From Desulfurococcaceae archaeon (GTDB taxonomy: Archaea; Thermoproteota; Thermoprotei_A; Sulfolobales; Desulfurococcaceae): a stretch of 64,000 nt of DNA. Every line of letters begins with the position of its first letter. Position 1 is the stretch's first letter. The stretch is taken from assembly GCA_038816475.1 (NCBI GenBank), contig JAWBAI010000004.1:45534-109533 (forward strand), read 5' to 3'. Under the pieces are notes generated by a model. That model saw only the letters and a list, made by a program, of their open reading frames with translations, was not told the origin of the DNA and did no database searches. A program made the position numbers and the translations under genes. This document shows, in pieces, positions 16,888 to 25,478 of the stretch.

Positions 16888-17420
16888 ACGCCGATACGCT
16901 AAACGTATTGGTTGATCTTGCTTGCAATCTTGGGCACACTACTCGATTAGCCAAGATTCTCAAAAACGCAGGAATAGATTTTAGAATCACATCATATGAT
17001 ACACTTAGAGTAAGAGAAAAAGTTTTTCTCAGTAAATCCTTCGAAGACGCTGCAAACAAGGTGCTCCAGGTTTTCGATCAGATAAAAAATAACAAGGATC
17101 TCTGGAACACAGCATGCGTAGAAGTATGGATCGAATCCAGTAGCGATCACATGGTTAAGCCTTCGATCATAAAATACGATGAGCTATGCATCTATGTGAG
17201 AAGAGGCGCGAGGAGCAAAATAGTATTCAAGATCGCGTGGATTGAGCCCTGTAAACAGGTAGCAGGAGAGCTTATTCCAGAAAGTATCACAAGGTTTTGT
17301 TTCTCCGATCCAAACACTATAACCTCTATAAAGAACATTGTTTTAAAGTTCACGGGTTCACTCCAACCGGTACGGGAATACGTAATGAGATCCTCATGTG
17401 GGGAACAAGAAATCTGTTAA
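16884..17420 (+). CDS. Hypothetical protein
   Basis: ATGA overlap with porB stop; ~178 aa ORF. Confidence 0.6.
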   Translation: MNADTLNVLVDLACNLGHTTRLAKILKNAGIDFRITSYDTLRVREKVFLSKSFEDAANKVLQVFDQIKNNKDLWNTACVEVWIESSSDHMVKPSIIKYDELCIYVRRGARSKIVFKIAWIEPCKQVAGELIPESITRFCFSDPNTITSIKNIVLKFTGSLQPVREYVMRSSCGEQEIC

Positions 17421-17451
17421 AACCCCTTTGAATAAATCATCATATATTGTA

Positions 17452-17539
17452 GGGCCCGTCGTCTAGCCTGGCTAGGATGCGGGGTTCGGGATTTCAGCGG
17501 AAATCCCCGTGACCCGGGGTTCAAATCCCCGCGGGCCCA
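17452..17539 (+). tRNA. tRNA-Pro(CGG) with a 13-nt intron at 37/38 (17491-17503)
   Basis: Acceptor GGGCCCG/CGGGCCC-A, anticodon stem CGGGG/CCCCG, CGG at 17487-17489, T-loop TTCAAAT; intron ATTTCAGCGGAAA whose CGGA pairs with TTCG(32-35) in a BHB/BHL motif. Confidence 0.93.
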
Positions 17540-17540
17540 C

Positions 17541-17969
17541 TTGCAATCATACTGTGAATTAGTGATTACGTTGTCGATCAGAAAGACTAGGGAGGAGCTT
17601 CGTGAACTCGATAGTACTAAGGTAGCATCAATTCTTCCAAGTGTGTATGAATTCCGGTTTGTAAAGTTGGCTATCCTCGATAATACTTCTCAGCAGGCAC
17701 TCTGGATTTACATGGGAAGGAGCTCGGATTATCTGGTAGTTCCGGGGTATTTCTGCAGTTGCATGGACTTTATGGTGAGAACCATTATTAACAAGACATC
17801 ACCTTACTGTAAGCACCTAGCAGGTGTTCAAATAGCCATGAAGGCGAAAAAGTACGCCGTTCTGCATGTTGATGTTGAAGAGTCAGCTGTAATAATAGCT
17901 GAAATACTGGAGAATAGGTTTTCGTCAACACTGAGAAAACTGCTGAGCAGGGGGAAACAAACAAGTTGA
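17541..17969 (+). CDS. SWIM zinc-finger protein
   Basis: YFCSCMDF..PYCKH (CxC..CxH); real start probably a few codons downstream of the track start. Confidence 0.8.
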   Translation: MQSYCELVITLSIRKTREELRELDSTKVASILPSVYEFRFVKLAILDNTSQQALWIYMGRSSDYLVVPGYFCSCMDFMVRTIINKTSPYCKHLAGVQIAMKAKKYAVLHVDVEESAVIIAEILENRFSSTLRKLLSRGKQTS

Positions 17970-18054
17970 CAACTTGAGCAAAACATATGATATAAGCTAG
18001 ATTAACCCTAATACATAACACACGAAGCAAGCACATTTAAGTAAGGTGTGATAA

Positions 18055-18330
18055 ATGGGTCGCAGAAGAAAGAGAAGAAAAACCATAGTTAAGAGGGTTG
18101 TTAAAATACCAATAGTGTTCGATTGCCCCAATTGTGCATCTAAAAGCTTAACCATTACAATAAAGAAAAGCGGTGATAAAGCATCCGCTCTTGTATCATG
18201 CAGTTCGTGTGGATTGCTTGATGATGAGGATTTCGCAGAGATACCTGTATTTTATGAAACTGTTGACGTGTACGCTAAGTTCTTAGACCTTTATAGCAGT
18301 GGGCGAGCAAAGGTGAAGATGATGAAGTAA
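18055..18330 (+). CDS. elf1: Transcription elongation factor Elf1
   Basis: MGRRRKRRK, FDCPNC..CSSCGL, VDVYAKFLD. Confidence 0.9.
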   Translation: MGRRRKRRKTIVKRVVKIPIVFDCPNCASKSLTITIKKSGDKASALVSCSSCGLLDDEDFAEIPVFYETVDVYAKFLDLYSSGRAKVKMMK

Positions 18331-18345
18331 TGGTGAGGTGGCACC

Positions 18346-19089
18346 TTGGGAAAGGTACATGAGTACATCATAGCGAAGATCAGTTCTGGCGAGAAATTGC
18401 ATTTTACACTAGTTGATCCCGACAAGGTAGGAGATCTTGAAAATCTTGAAGCATTATCTCAGAAGATGGTTAGTGCTGGAACAGATGGATTTCTCATAGG
18501 GGGTAGTATTGGTGTTACACCAGAGGAATCGAGTAATGTTGCTAGAGTACTAAAAAAGCATGGTTTACCTGTGATAGTATTTCCAGGCAATATTAACTGC
18601 TTAACCCCTGAAGCGGACGCAGTACTATTCATGATTTTAATGAATACTCTAGAACCCTACTACTTGATTCAAGCACAGGTTGCAGCAGCTCCGATCATAG
18701 CTAAGTACAGGCTCGAGACTTTGCCAACGGGTTACCTCGTAGTAGACCAAGGTACTGCTGTTGCACATATTGGAAGAATACACCCCATACCCAGGAACAA
18801 GCCTGAGCTCGTAGCAGCCTATGCTTTGGCGGCTGAAATGCTTGGCTTGAAGTACTTGTACCTCGAGGCTGGAAGTGGAGCTCCTGAGCCGGTTCCCTCA
18901 TCGTTTCCTCAGATGGTTAAGAGATTCACAAAGCTTATAACGATAGTTGGTGGAGGTATTAGAAGTCCGGAAACTGCTAGATTGCTCGTTAACTCTGGTG
19001 CAGATATAATAGTAACAGGTACTATAGTAGAAAAGGATGCAAACTTAGCCGAAAAAATAGTCAAAAGTATAAAAGAGCGTAATCAATAG
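18346..19089 (+). CDS. pcrB: Geranylgeranylglyceryl phosphate synthase
   Basis: HFTLVDPDK, IGGS, FPGN, YLYLEAGSGA, VGGGIRS, IVTGT. Confidence 0.93.
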   Translation: MGKVHEYIIAKISSGEKLHFTLVDPDKVGDLENLEALSQKMVSAGTDGFLIGGSIGVTPEESSNVARVLKKHGLPVIVFPGNINCLTPEADAVLFMILMNTLEPYYLIQAQVAAAPIIAKYRLETLPTGYLVVDQGTAVAHIGRIHPIPRNKPELVAAYALAAEMLGLKYLYLEAGSGAPEPVPSSFPQMVKRFTKLITIVGGGIRSPETARLLVNSGADIIVTGTIVEKDANLAEKIVKSIKERNQ

Positions 19090-19364
19090 CCACTAGAATT
19101 CCCATACTTCTTTCTGAAGGCTTCTTCCAGGTTTACATTGAGCAAATTGGCTATGCTCAATAGCCACGCGAAGACATCAGCCAGTTCTTCTTCAATGGCA
19201 TCCTTATTCATCTTTATTATAGCATCAGCTAGTTCTCCAACTTCCTCTATGAACCATGTGAACGTAGCATAGAGACCCCTTATTGAATCTCTCTCGTAGT
19301 AGTTTTTCCTTATTGTTTCCTGAGCTTTTGCTATATCCATGGGCATTGTCACCTTAACAGACAT
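19083..19364 (-). CDS. MazG-like nucleotide pyrophosphohydrolase
   Basis: EEVGELADA..EEELADVFAWL. Confidence 0.9.
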   Translation of the reverse strand: MSVKVTMPMDIAKAQETIRKNYYERDSIRGLYATFTWFIEEVGELADAIIKMNKDAIEEELADVFAWLLSIANLLNVNLEEAFRKKYGNSSGY

Positions 19365-19409
19365 ATTTTTATTTACGTGTATTCATAAGCATCTACCTGG
19401 TGGAACAGA

Positions 19410-19589
19410 GTGAGTAAGAGAAAGGATAAGAAAAGATCTCCCGCTGTTTTCTCAGCTGCTGGTTTAGTGAGGTTCTTCGAAGAAAGCGAAGCAAAAGTGC
19501 TTCTAAAGCCACATCTAATAATAATCTTAGCATTAATCTTCGTTGTAATCATCATAGCCTTATCTAAGCTTTTACCACCTCCAGTGTAA
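19410..19589 (+). CDS. secG: Preprotein translocase subunit Sec61beta/SecG (59 aa)
   Basis: Manual translation MSKRKDKKRSPAVFSAAGLVRFFEESEAKVLLKPHLIIILALIFVVIIIALSKLLPPPV; SAAGLVRFFEE signature plus one TM. Confidence 0.92.
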   Translation: MSKRKDKKRSPAVFSAAGLVRFFEESEAKVLLKPHLIIILALIFVVIIIALSKLLPPPV

Positions 19590-19666
19590 AATGCGGACTA
19601 CTTGGAAGTTTTAGATCACGACTTTTAAGCTCAAATAACGCTCTCACGCATACGTGGGTTCTCATC

Positions 19667-19722
19667 TATCAGAAACACGGACCCTCATCACTGTTCTGAT
19701 AAGTGGCGATTCATCATCATGT
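19667..19722 (-). ncRNA. Box C/D guide sRNA (D guide complementary to 23S rRNA AAACACGGACC)
   Basis: Minus strand ATGATGA-ATCGCCACTTAT-CAGA-ACA-GTGATGA-GGGTCCGTGTTT-CTGA with canonical C, D', C', D spacing and 12-nt guides. Confidence 0.85.
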
Positions 19723-19802
19723 TTAAACCTTACTTGACAGCTTAATATAGCTGGTCAAGGTAAGTCAAGTTTAGTCTAAGTACTAGTAAGATTTTAACCC
19801 CA

Positions 19803-20573
19803 ATGCAGGTTGTATACCGTGTACTAAGAGTGGTGAAGTGCTTAGTGACGAGGCCAAGTAATCAAGGCTCGAGTGCTCGAAAAATGATCATCATACAAGT
19901 AGCGTCGCTGATCACGCTTGCGTTGCTATCTGCACTAACTCCACGCGAGTACCTATGGATAGTGTTTCTACTTTACTTCGTAGTTATTATGGCTATAACC
20001 TCTAAGAGCGTTATGAAAGCTGCAAAAAAAGTAGATAAGCCCAGAAGCCTACTACTATTCGAGGAGAAGAATACTGCTGTTGCTATGTCAAGCGATGCTG
20101 TACTCCTGAACGAGCTTAAAAAGCAAATGAGCACAACTATGCTATCACTCATGTTACCACTAATACTGTTCCTGGCGTTTACACCACTATACTGGCAGTA
20201 CGTGCACCCCACTCTACTTCAAGTACTTAAGAACATCCTCAGCTACGATTTTCTTGTGTTGTTTGTAGCATATCTAGTGTTCTACTCGATACTGATACTC
20301 ATGTCACTTGGAACACGGCGCTTACTGCTAAAGTCTACGAAAATGGAGAAGCAGATACTGATACCACGAAGCTTTGCTGTGTATAGAGATGGTGTCATAG
20401 CAGATGGAAGATTCTTCGAGTTTACCAGCGATATGTGCTATGAGGTTAACACAGCTAGAAGGTTTGCAGCTATCTACAGCAAAAACCTACCATTCACTAT
20501 AAGACTCTACACGCTTGAGGCTTCTAAATTGAAGAACGCTTTGAAGGAGGTTAAGATAAGTGAGTGTCAATAG
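19803..20573 (+). CDS. Conserved crenarchaeal membrane protein (DUF2208-like)
   Basis: Four TM segments, LLFEEK..DAVLLNE, C-terminal AVYRDGV..RRF..IRLYT PH-like tail. Confidence 0.65.
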   Translation: MQVVYRVLRVVKCLVTRPSNQGSSARKMIIIQVASLITLALLSALTPREYLWIVFLLYFVVIMAITSKSVMKAAKKVDKPRSLLLFEEKNTAVAMSSDAVLLNELKKQMSTTMLSLMLPLILFLAFTPLYWQYVHPTLLQVLKNILSYDFLVLFVAYLVFYSILILMSLGTRRLLLKSTKMEKQILIPRSFAVYRDGVIADGRFFEFTSDMCYEVNTARRFAAIYSKNLPFTIRLYTLEASKLKNALKEVKISECQ

Positions 20574-20805
20574 GAAGCGCGTTTGCTTGGTCTGTGGTAG
20601 AGTATTCCCGGAAGGGCAGGGAGTTGTGATTAGATTTAACAATGAGATTCTAGAATTCCACAGTAACAAGTGTTTTGCCAAGTTTGCAAGAGCACTACTT
20701 GAGAGACTTCCTTCAAACGAAGTTAAAGGCTACATCAAGAGGCTCAAAGACGAATTCGAAGAAACCATAAACCAGAGATCAAAACTTAAGATCAAAAAAC
20801 TATAA
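20560..20805 (+). CDS. TRASH/L24e-like zinc-binding protein
   Basis: CLVCGRVFPEGQG..FHSNKC. Confidence 0.7.
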   Translation: MSVNRKRVCLVCGRVFPEGQGVVIRFNNEILEFHSNKCFAKFARALLERLPSNEVKGYIKRLKDEFEETINQRSKLKIKKL

Positions 20806-20830
20806 AGAACCCTAACTTATGTATTTAATT

Positions 20831-20892
20831 GAAATGATGAAACTTGCCCCGTTGGACTTAGAAAGGATGAAGATATTATCGCGGCCTGATCA
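20831..20892 (+). ncRNA. Box C/D guide sRNA (both guides complementary to the 16S rRNA h18 region)
   Basis: ATGATGA(20834)-AACTTGCCCCGT-TGGA..AGGATGA-AGATATTATCGCGGC-CTGA(20886); guides match 16S GGGGCAAGU and GCCGCGGUAAUA (one G:U). Confidence 0.85.
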
Positions 20893-21123
20893 ACTGCTTC
20901 GCTGATTTTTGAGTTTTTCTGCTAAAATAGACCTGATTCTTTCTAGCGAGTCCCTATCTAGATTTGCTTGAGCAAGTATACTTAGAGCTTTCCTCAAGGC
21001 TTCCTCCTCGCTGGTGGCACTAACGTTTATCACAATGTTTGTTCCTTCAACGCGGATTCTGTAGCGTTTCTCGTTGAAAAGCTCATAGACTTCTACTACT
21101 TTTAGCTCGTTTCTTGAGATCAA
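20890..21123 (-). CDS. Hypothetical protein
   Basis: 77 aa ORF directly downstream of the HIT gene. Confidence 0.65.
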   Translation of the reverse strand: MISRNELKVVEVYELFNEKRYRIRVEGTNIVINVSATSEEEALRKALSILAQANLDRDSLERIRSILAEKLKNQRSS

Positions 21124-21125
21124 GA

Positions 21126-21617
21126 TTACACCTTGTTCCAGATCGACTTAAGGAGACTATAGGATTCGTGAAGCGCCATGGGCAGTGGTTTTGTATTAGC
21201 TATTATTGCTATGAAGTTCGTATCTCCAACCCATCTAGGTACAACGTGGACGTGAAAGTGATCGGGAATGCCAGCTCCTGCAGCTCTTCCAATGTTAGCA
21301 CCAATGTTAAATCCATCTGGCTTAAACGCATCCCTGAGTACTTTCATGGATTTTTTCACCAGGATCATCATCTCTAGTAGAGTTTCCTCGTCGAGTTCGA
21401 GAATATCACCTGTGTGCTTGTAAGATGCTATCATAAGATGTCCAGTGTTATAGGGGTAAGCGTTCAGAAGTACGAATGCTCTACTTCCTCTGTGTAGAAT
21501 AAGCGCATCCTCGTCTTTTTCGCCCTGAACTCTGCAAAATAAGCACTCTTCCGTTTCATGCTTACTTGTGAACTTCTTTATGTACTCGTATCTCCACGGA
21601 TTCCAGAGGATCTGCAT
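21126..21617 (-). CDS. HIT-family hydrolase (Ap4A phosphorylase-like)
   Basis: LWNPWR, CLFC, LNAYPYNTGH, HFHVHVVPRW. Confidence 0.92.
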   Translation of the reverse strand: MQILWNPWRYEYIKKFTSKHETEECLFCRVQGEKDEDALILHRGSRAFVLLNAYPYNTGHLMIASYKHTGDILELDEETLLEMMILVKKSMKVLRDAFKPDGFNIGANIGRAAGAGIPDHFHVHVVPRWVGDTNFIAIIANTKPLPMALHESYSLLKSIWNKV

Positions 21618-21620
21618 TGT

Positions 21621-22622
21621 TTAACGCCGTGGCGAGAGCTCTTCCACGTCGCGAATACCCTCGTCTGTTATTGCGAACTCTGCTTCGCCTTCTGGTAGGT
21701 GTGGTGCATCTACTACACGGGCTATTCTCTTGTTTCCTCGTATTTTTCTAAGCTGAACCCTAACGCCTGGAACATGAGCGAGAACATGCCCTCCTACGGC
21801 AATTACGGGGTCGCCGTAGAACACGTCTGGTCTAGCCATAACTTGGTTGGTAACAATAACGGCTATGTTGTAAGCTTCTGCTAACCTCATTAGCTGATGT
21901 AGATGAGCGTTTAGCTTCTGCTGTCTCTCAGCTAAGTGCTCTCTACCTGGATATTCAGCTCTGAAGTGGCTAGTTACACTATCTATTACTACGAGCTTAA
22001 CGTTGTTCTTCGGAACGAAGGAGAATAGCTCTTCGATAATAGACATCTGGTGGTCGCTATTATAAGCTCTAATGTAGTATATGTTGTCCATAGTCGTATC
22101 GGGGTCTAGTCCGAGAGATCTCGCCATAGCTTCTATTCTCTCCCACCTGAACGTGCCCTCGGTGTCGATGTAAACGGCTTTACCTAAGAGACCTCCTCTT
22201 TCGAATGGTAGCTGAACATTTACGCTTAGCTGCATGCAGAGCTGTGTCTTACCGCTTCCATACTCGCCAAAGAACTCCGTTATAGTCTTGGTCTCTATAC
22301 CACCACCTAGCAGGTCATCAAGGGCTTTACTACCAGTTGTAATTTTCCTAACAGCAAGCCTCTCCTGTTTAACCTCGCGCGCTGTTTTGAACCTTATACC
22401 AAGCATTCTCCTAGCGTTCTCGATGATCTTTTGAGCTGTAAGAGCTGGGATACCGGTTTTCTCGGCGAGCTCGTCAGCTCTAGCAACTACGAGACTCCAT
22501 GCAGAAGCATAACCAGCAGCTTCAAGCTTTTCAGCTATAGCCGGATTAACACCTGGTACTTCCCTTACAGAGATGAATCCTACTTCTCCGTGCTTAGAGT
22601 CCTGAGGCTTCTGAGATGTCAC
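21621..22622 (-). CDS. radA: DNA repair and recombination protein RadA
   Basis: N-terminal Hh[44 protein letters not shown]; no intein. Confidence 0.97.
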   Translation of the reverse strand: MTSQKPQDSKHGEVGFISVREVPGVNPAIAEKLEAAGYASAWSLVVARADELAEKTGIPALTAQKIIENARRMLGIRFKTAREVKQERLAVRKITTGSKALDDLLGGGIETKTITEFFGEYGSGKTQLCMQLSVNVQLPFERGGLLGKAVYIDTEGTFRWERIEAMARSLGLDPDTTMDNIYYIRAYNSDHQMSIIEELFSFVPKNNVKLVVIDSVTSHFRAEYPGREHLAERQQKLNAHLHQLMRLAEAYNIAVIVTNQVMARPDVFYGDPVIAVGGHVLAHVPGVRVQLRKIRGNKRIARVVDAPHLPEGEAEFAITDEGIRDVEELSPRR

Positions 22623-22728
22623 TCGGGATCCCCATGTAGTTGTGTATTTTTAAAAAGCGTTTAATATAGTAGGGTATACTTTTAAGAATAATTTGAATTA
22701 TAGTTGGATACATGAGGGTTTCTGAGAG

Positions 22729-24552
22729 TTGAAATTGCTCTTAATACACGCGAGAAGATTCACCTATGAACCCGTAGAACCAGCTGTAAAGGAGCATGAA
22801 CAGATTCAAGCGAGTTTTAAGAAGGACTTTGAGAACACTCTAGTTGTGTTCACCACGGTTGAGAACTCCGATGACGAAAGTGTTGTAGCGGAAGCAGTAC
22901 AAAGCATTAACGAAGTTGTACTGCAGGTTAAGCCACTAGAGGTCCTGATATACCCCTACGCTCACCTCTCCTCAGATCTAGCTCCTCCAAGCAAAGCGCA
23001 GGAGATACTCAGTAAACTCTACATGGAGGCTAGTAAGACTCTTAATGTACCCGTGCACAAAGCCCCCTTTGGCTGGTACAAGGCTTTCAAATTGGATTGC
23101 TTTGGGCACCCTCTCAGCGAACTATCGAGAACCATAACTAGGAAGGCTGTAACTCAGCGGCCTAAAATAGAGAAGAAGTTCTATATCATGACCCCCGATG
23201 GAGTGCTTCATGACCCTGGAAGTTTCGACTACACTAACTACCCTGAGCTAAAGATACTTGTTGATAAAGAAGTTTACGGGGTTGAACTAGAGGGAGGCGA
23301 AAACAGGGTAAACGACTACTGCAGGAAGTTTGGATTCGAATGGGAGTTCATGGGAGATCACGGCCACATGAGGTATGGTCCATACGCTACGCCGATCATA
23401 GAAGCTGTCATGAGGTACTCGTGGAAGGTCGTTCAGAGTCTAGGTATACCTGTCTACAAGGTTATGGGTACAAATATGTTCAACTTAAAGGAAAAACCTG
23501 TGTATGAGCACGCGCTCCTATTCGGAGATAGACTCTACGAAGTTGAGGTTGATAACGAGCGTTACGTTTTAAGGTACGCGGCGTGTCACCAGCAGTTCGC
23601 AATGATCAAGGACTGGGTTATAAGTTATAAAGACCTCCCGTTGGGCGTGTTCGAGGTGGCTGATAGTTACAGACTTGAGCAACGCGGGGAACTTGCGCTT
23701 TGCTTTAGACTTAGAAAGTTCTACATGCCTGACCTCCACATACTAACCAAAAACATAGATGAGGCTGTTAAGGTTGCAAAGGTAGTTCAACAGAAAATAC
23801 ACGAAGAGGCTCAAAAAGTGGGTAGACGCTACGTAGCTCTCTACAATGTTACAGAAGACTTCCTATTAAACTTTAAGGACTATTTACTTGAGTTCGTTAA
23901 GGGTGAGAATGCACCGGTATTACTTGCCGTTATACCAGCGGGTGTATACTACTGGGTCATAAACGTTGAGTACCATATTATTGATAATCTCAAAAGGCCG
24001 AGAGAAATAGCTACGTTTCAAATAGATGTGGGTAACAGTAAGAGATTTGGAATAACCTATGTTGACGAGAACAACGAGAAACGTTACCCCATAATAATAC
24101 ATACAGCGATTATAGGTAGTGTTGAGAGATACATATACATGGTCCTGGATACAGCTGCTCTCATGGAGAAAGAAGGTAAAACACCCTATATACCAACTTG
24201 GCTCACACCGGTACAGGTCCGCGTGATACCTGTTTCGAAAGAGTTTTTAGAATACGCTGAAACAGTCGCAAAACAGCTTCGTGATAGAGGTATTAGAGTT
24301 GAATTGGATGACAGAGACTTAACTCTTGGAAAGAAGATACGAGATGCTGGAACAAGCTGGATACCATACATTGTTGTAGTAGGCAAGAGAGAAGTAGAGA
24401 CTCAAACAATTAACGTTAAAGTGCGGAGAACTAATGACCAGCACTTAATGAAGGTAGAAGAGCTAGTTGAGCACATATACTCAGAAGTAAAAGACTACGT
24501 ACAAGTAGAACAGACTGTACCTATGTACCTCAGTAGAAGACCGTCATTTTAG
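22729..24552 (+). CDS. thrS: Threonine--tRNA ligase with archaeal editing domain
   Basis: MKLLLIH, YPYAHLS, APFGWYK editing domain; RYAAC, MPDLH, IIHTAIIGSVER. Confidence 0.96.
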   Translation: MKLLLIHARRFTYEPVEPAVKEHEQIQASFKKDFENTLVVFTTVENSDDESVVAEAVQSINEVVLQVKPLEVLIYPYAHLSSDLAPPSKAQEILSKLYMEASKTLNVPVHKAPFGWYKAFKLDCFGHPLSELSRTITRKAVTQRPKIEKKFYIMTPDGVLHDPGSFDYTNYPELKILVDKEVYGVELEGGENRVNDYCRKFGFEWEFMGDHGHMRYGPYATPIIEAVMRYSWKVVQSLGIPVYKVMGTNMFNLKEKPVYEHALLFGDRLYEVEVDNERYVLRYAACHQQFAMIKDWVISYKDLPLGVFEVADSYRLEQRGELALCFRLRKFYMPDLHILTKNIDEAVKVAKVVQQKIHEEAQKVGRRYVALYNVTEDFLLNFKDYLLEFVKGENAPVLLAVIPAGVYYWVINVEYHIIDNLKRPREIATFQIDVGNSKRFGITYVDENNEKRYPIIIHTAIIGSVERYIYMVLDTAALMEKEGKTPYIPTWLTPVQVRVIPVSKEFLEYAETVAKQLRDRGIRVELDDRDLTLGKKIRDAGTSWIPYIVVVGKREVETQTINVKVRRTNDQHLMKVEELVEHIYSEVKDYVQVEQTVPMYLSRRPSF

Positions 24553-24588
24553 AGGCAAAGTTTACTTCAAAGTCACCAGGTTTTAGAA

Positions 24589-25227
24589 ATGCCGACCAGC
24601 ACGATGGAGGACCCGGGTAGTAAAAAGACTAGAATGAAGTTCCTTGGAAGACACATAATGCTGAGAGGAATTTACACAGATAAACTGCTGAGAGGTGAGA
24701 AAAGAGCAACTATAAGGAGAGGATTAGTAAAACCAAAGTACAGTGAGTTAATAGTTCACGCCGGGGGTAAACCTGTTGCTAAGGTGAAGATCACTAGGGT
24801 GTACTACAAGAAGCTCAAAGAACTAGGTGACTACGAAGCAAAGATGGAAGGCTATGATAGAGCCGAAGACCTGATCAGAGAGTTGAAGCGGGTGTATGGA
24901 GGGCTCAAGGACGACGACTATGTTACAGTTATTGAGTTCGAGGTTGTTCAGAGACTCAATCAGCTAGAACCAGGAGATCCCTACTTAGGTTTAAAACCTG
25001 CAGACATAGCTCGAATAGCCTTAAGATACCTGCAAAACGAGCTTAGCCTTTTTGAGAGAGAAGTTCTGTTGGATTTGACAAGAACAAACAGCATTAGGAG
25101 AACAGCGCTAAGGATTTTGAAAAACTTAAATAAACGTTATATAGTAAGAGGAATACTGAGAAAAACACTTAAACTTCTGATAAGCAAAAACCTAATTAAC
25201 ATCAATGAAGCAAGCAAAGATACTTAA
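24589..25227 (+). CDS. ASCH-domain protein
   Basis: LLRGEKRATIRRG, EAKMEGY, VTVIEF; C-terminal helical domain. Confidence 0.85.
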   Translation: MPTSTMEDPGSKKTRMKFLGRHIMLRGIYTDKLLRGEKRATIRRGLVKPKYSELIVHAGGKPVAKVKITRVYYKKLKELGDYEAKMEGYDRAEDLIRELKRVYGGLKDDDYVTVIEFEVVQRLNQLEPGDPYLGLKPADIARIALRYLQNELSLFEREVLLDLTRTNSIRRTALRILKNLNKRYIVRGILRKTLKLLISKNLININEASKDT

Positions 25228-25239
25228 ATCGGTGATTGA

Positions 25240-25395
25240 ATGGGTTACTGGGTTTTAAAGTGCAGAGAGTGTAAAAGAGAGTGGAGACTTCTCGTCAGCT
25301 TTCCGCTTGATAGGGAATTCACCAAGCTATACCACTATTGTCCATACTGTGCTAAGAACACCTTTCACGATATAGTTGAATATAAGGAGGAGTAG
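25240..25395 (+). CDS. Small zinc-ribbon protein (51 aa)
   Basis: MGYWVLKCRECKREWRLLVSFPLDREFTKLYHYCPYCAKNTFHDIVEYKEE*; GGTGA RBS; below ORF-track cutoff. Confidence 0.8.
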   Translation: MGYWVLKCRECKREWRLLVSFPLDREFTKLYHYCPYCAKNTFHDIVEYKEE

Positions 25396-25424
25396 TAACA
25401 CGTATACTAAGGTCCCGAGAACCC

Positions 25425-25478
25425 CAGATGATGAATCCCCATTTACGGAAACATGAAGAGACCTGTCTCAGCTGAGGA
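25425..25478 (+). ncRNA. Box C/D guide sRNA (D guide complementary to 23S rRNA UGAGACAGGUC, PTC region)
   Basis: ATGATGA(25428)-ATCCCCATTTA-CGGA-AAC-ATGAAGA-GACCTGTCTCAG-CTGA(25472). Confidence 0.85.

Noticed and set aside
19373-19555. 60-aa minus-strand ORF in the track
   Set aside because: Antisense shadow of Sec61beta (19410-19589, +)
19733-19759. Imperfect inverted repeat CTTGAC-AGCT..AGCT-GGTCAAG
   Set aside because: Single copy, bulged, no supporting context; may be part of a divergent promoter but cannot be supported
20560-20805. True ribosomal protein L24e
   Set aside because: Lacks the typical L24e C-terminal RxPRKxxWT and is not in an r-protein operon; kept as TRASH/L24e-like
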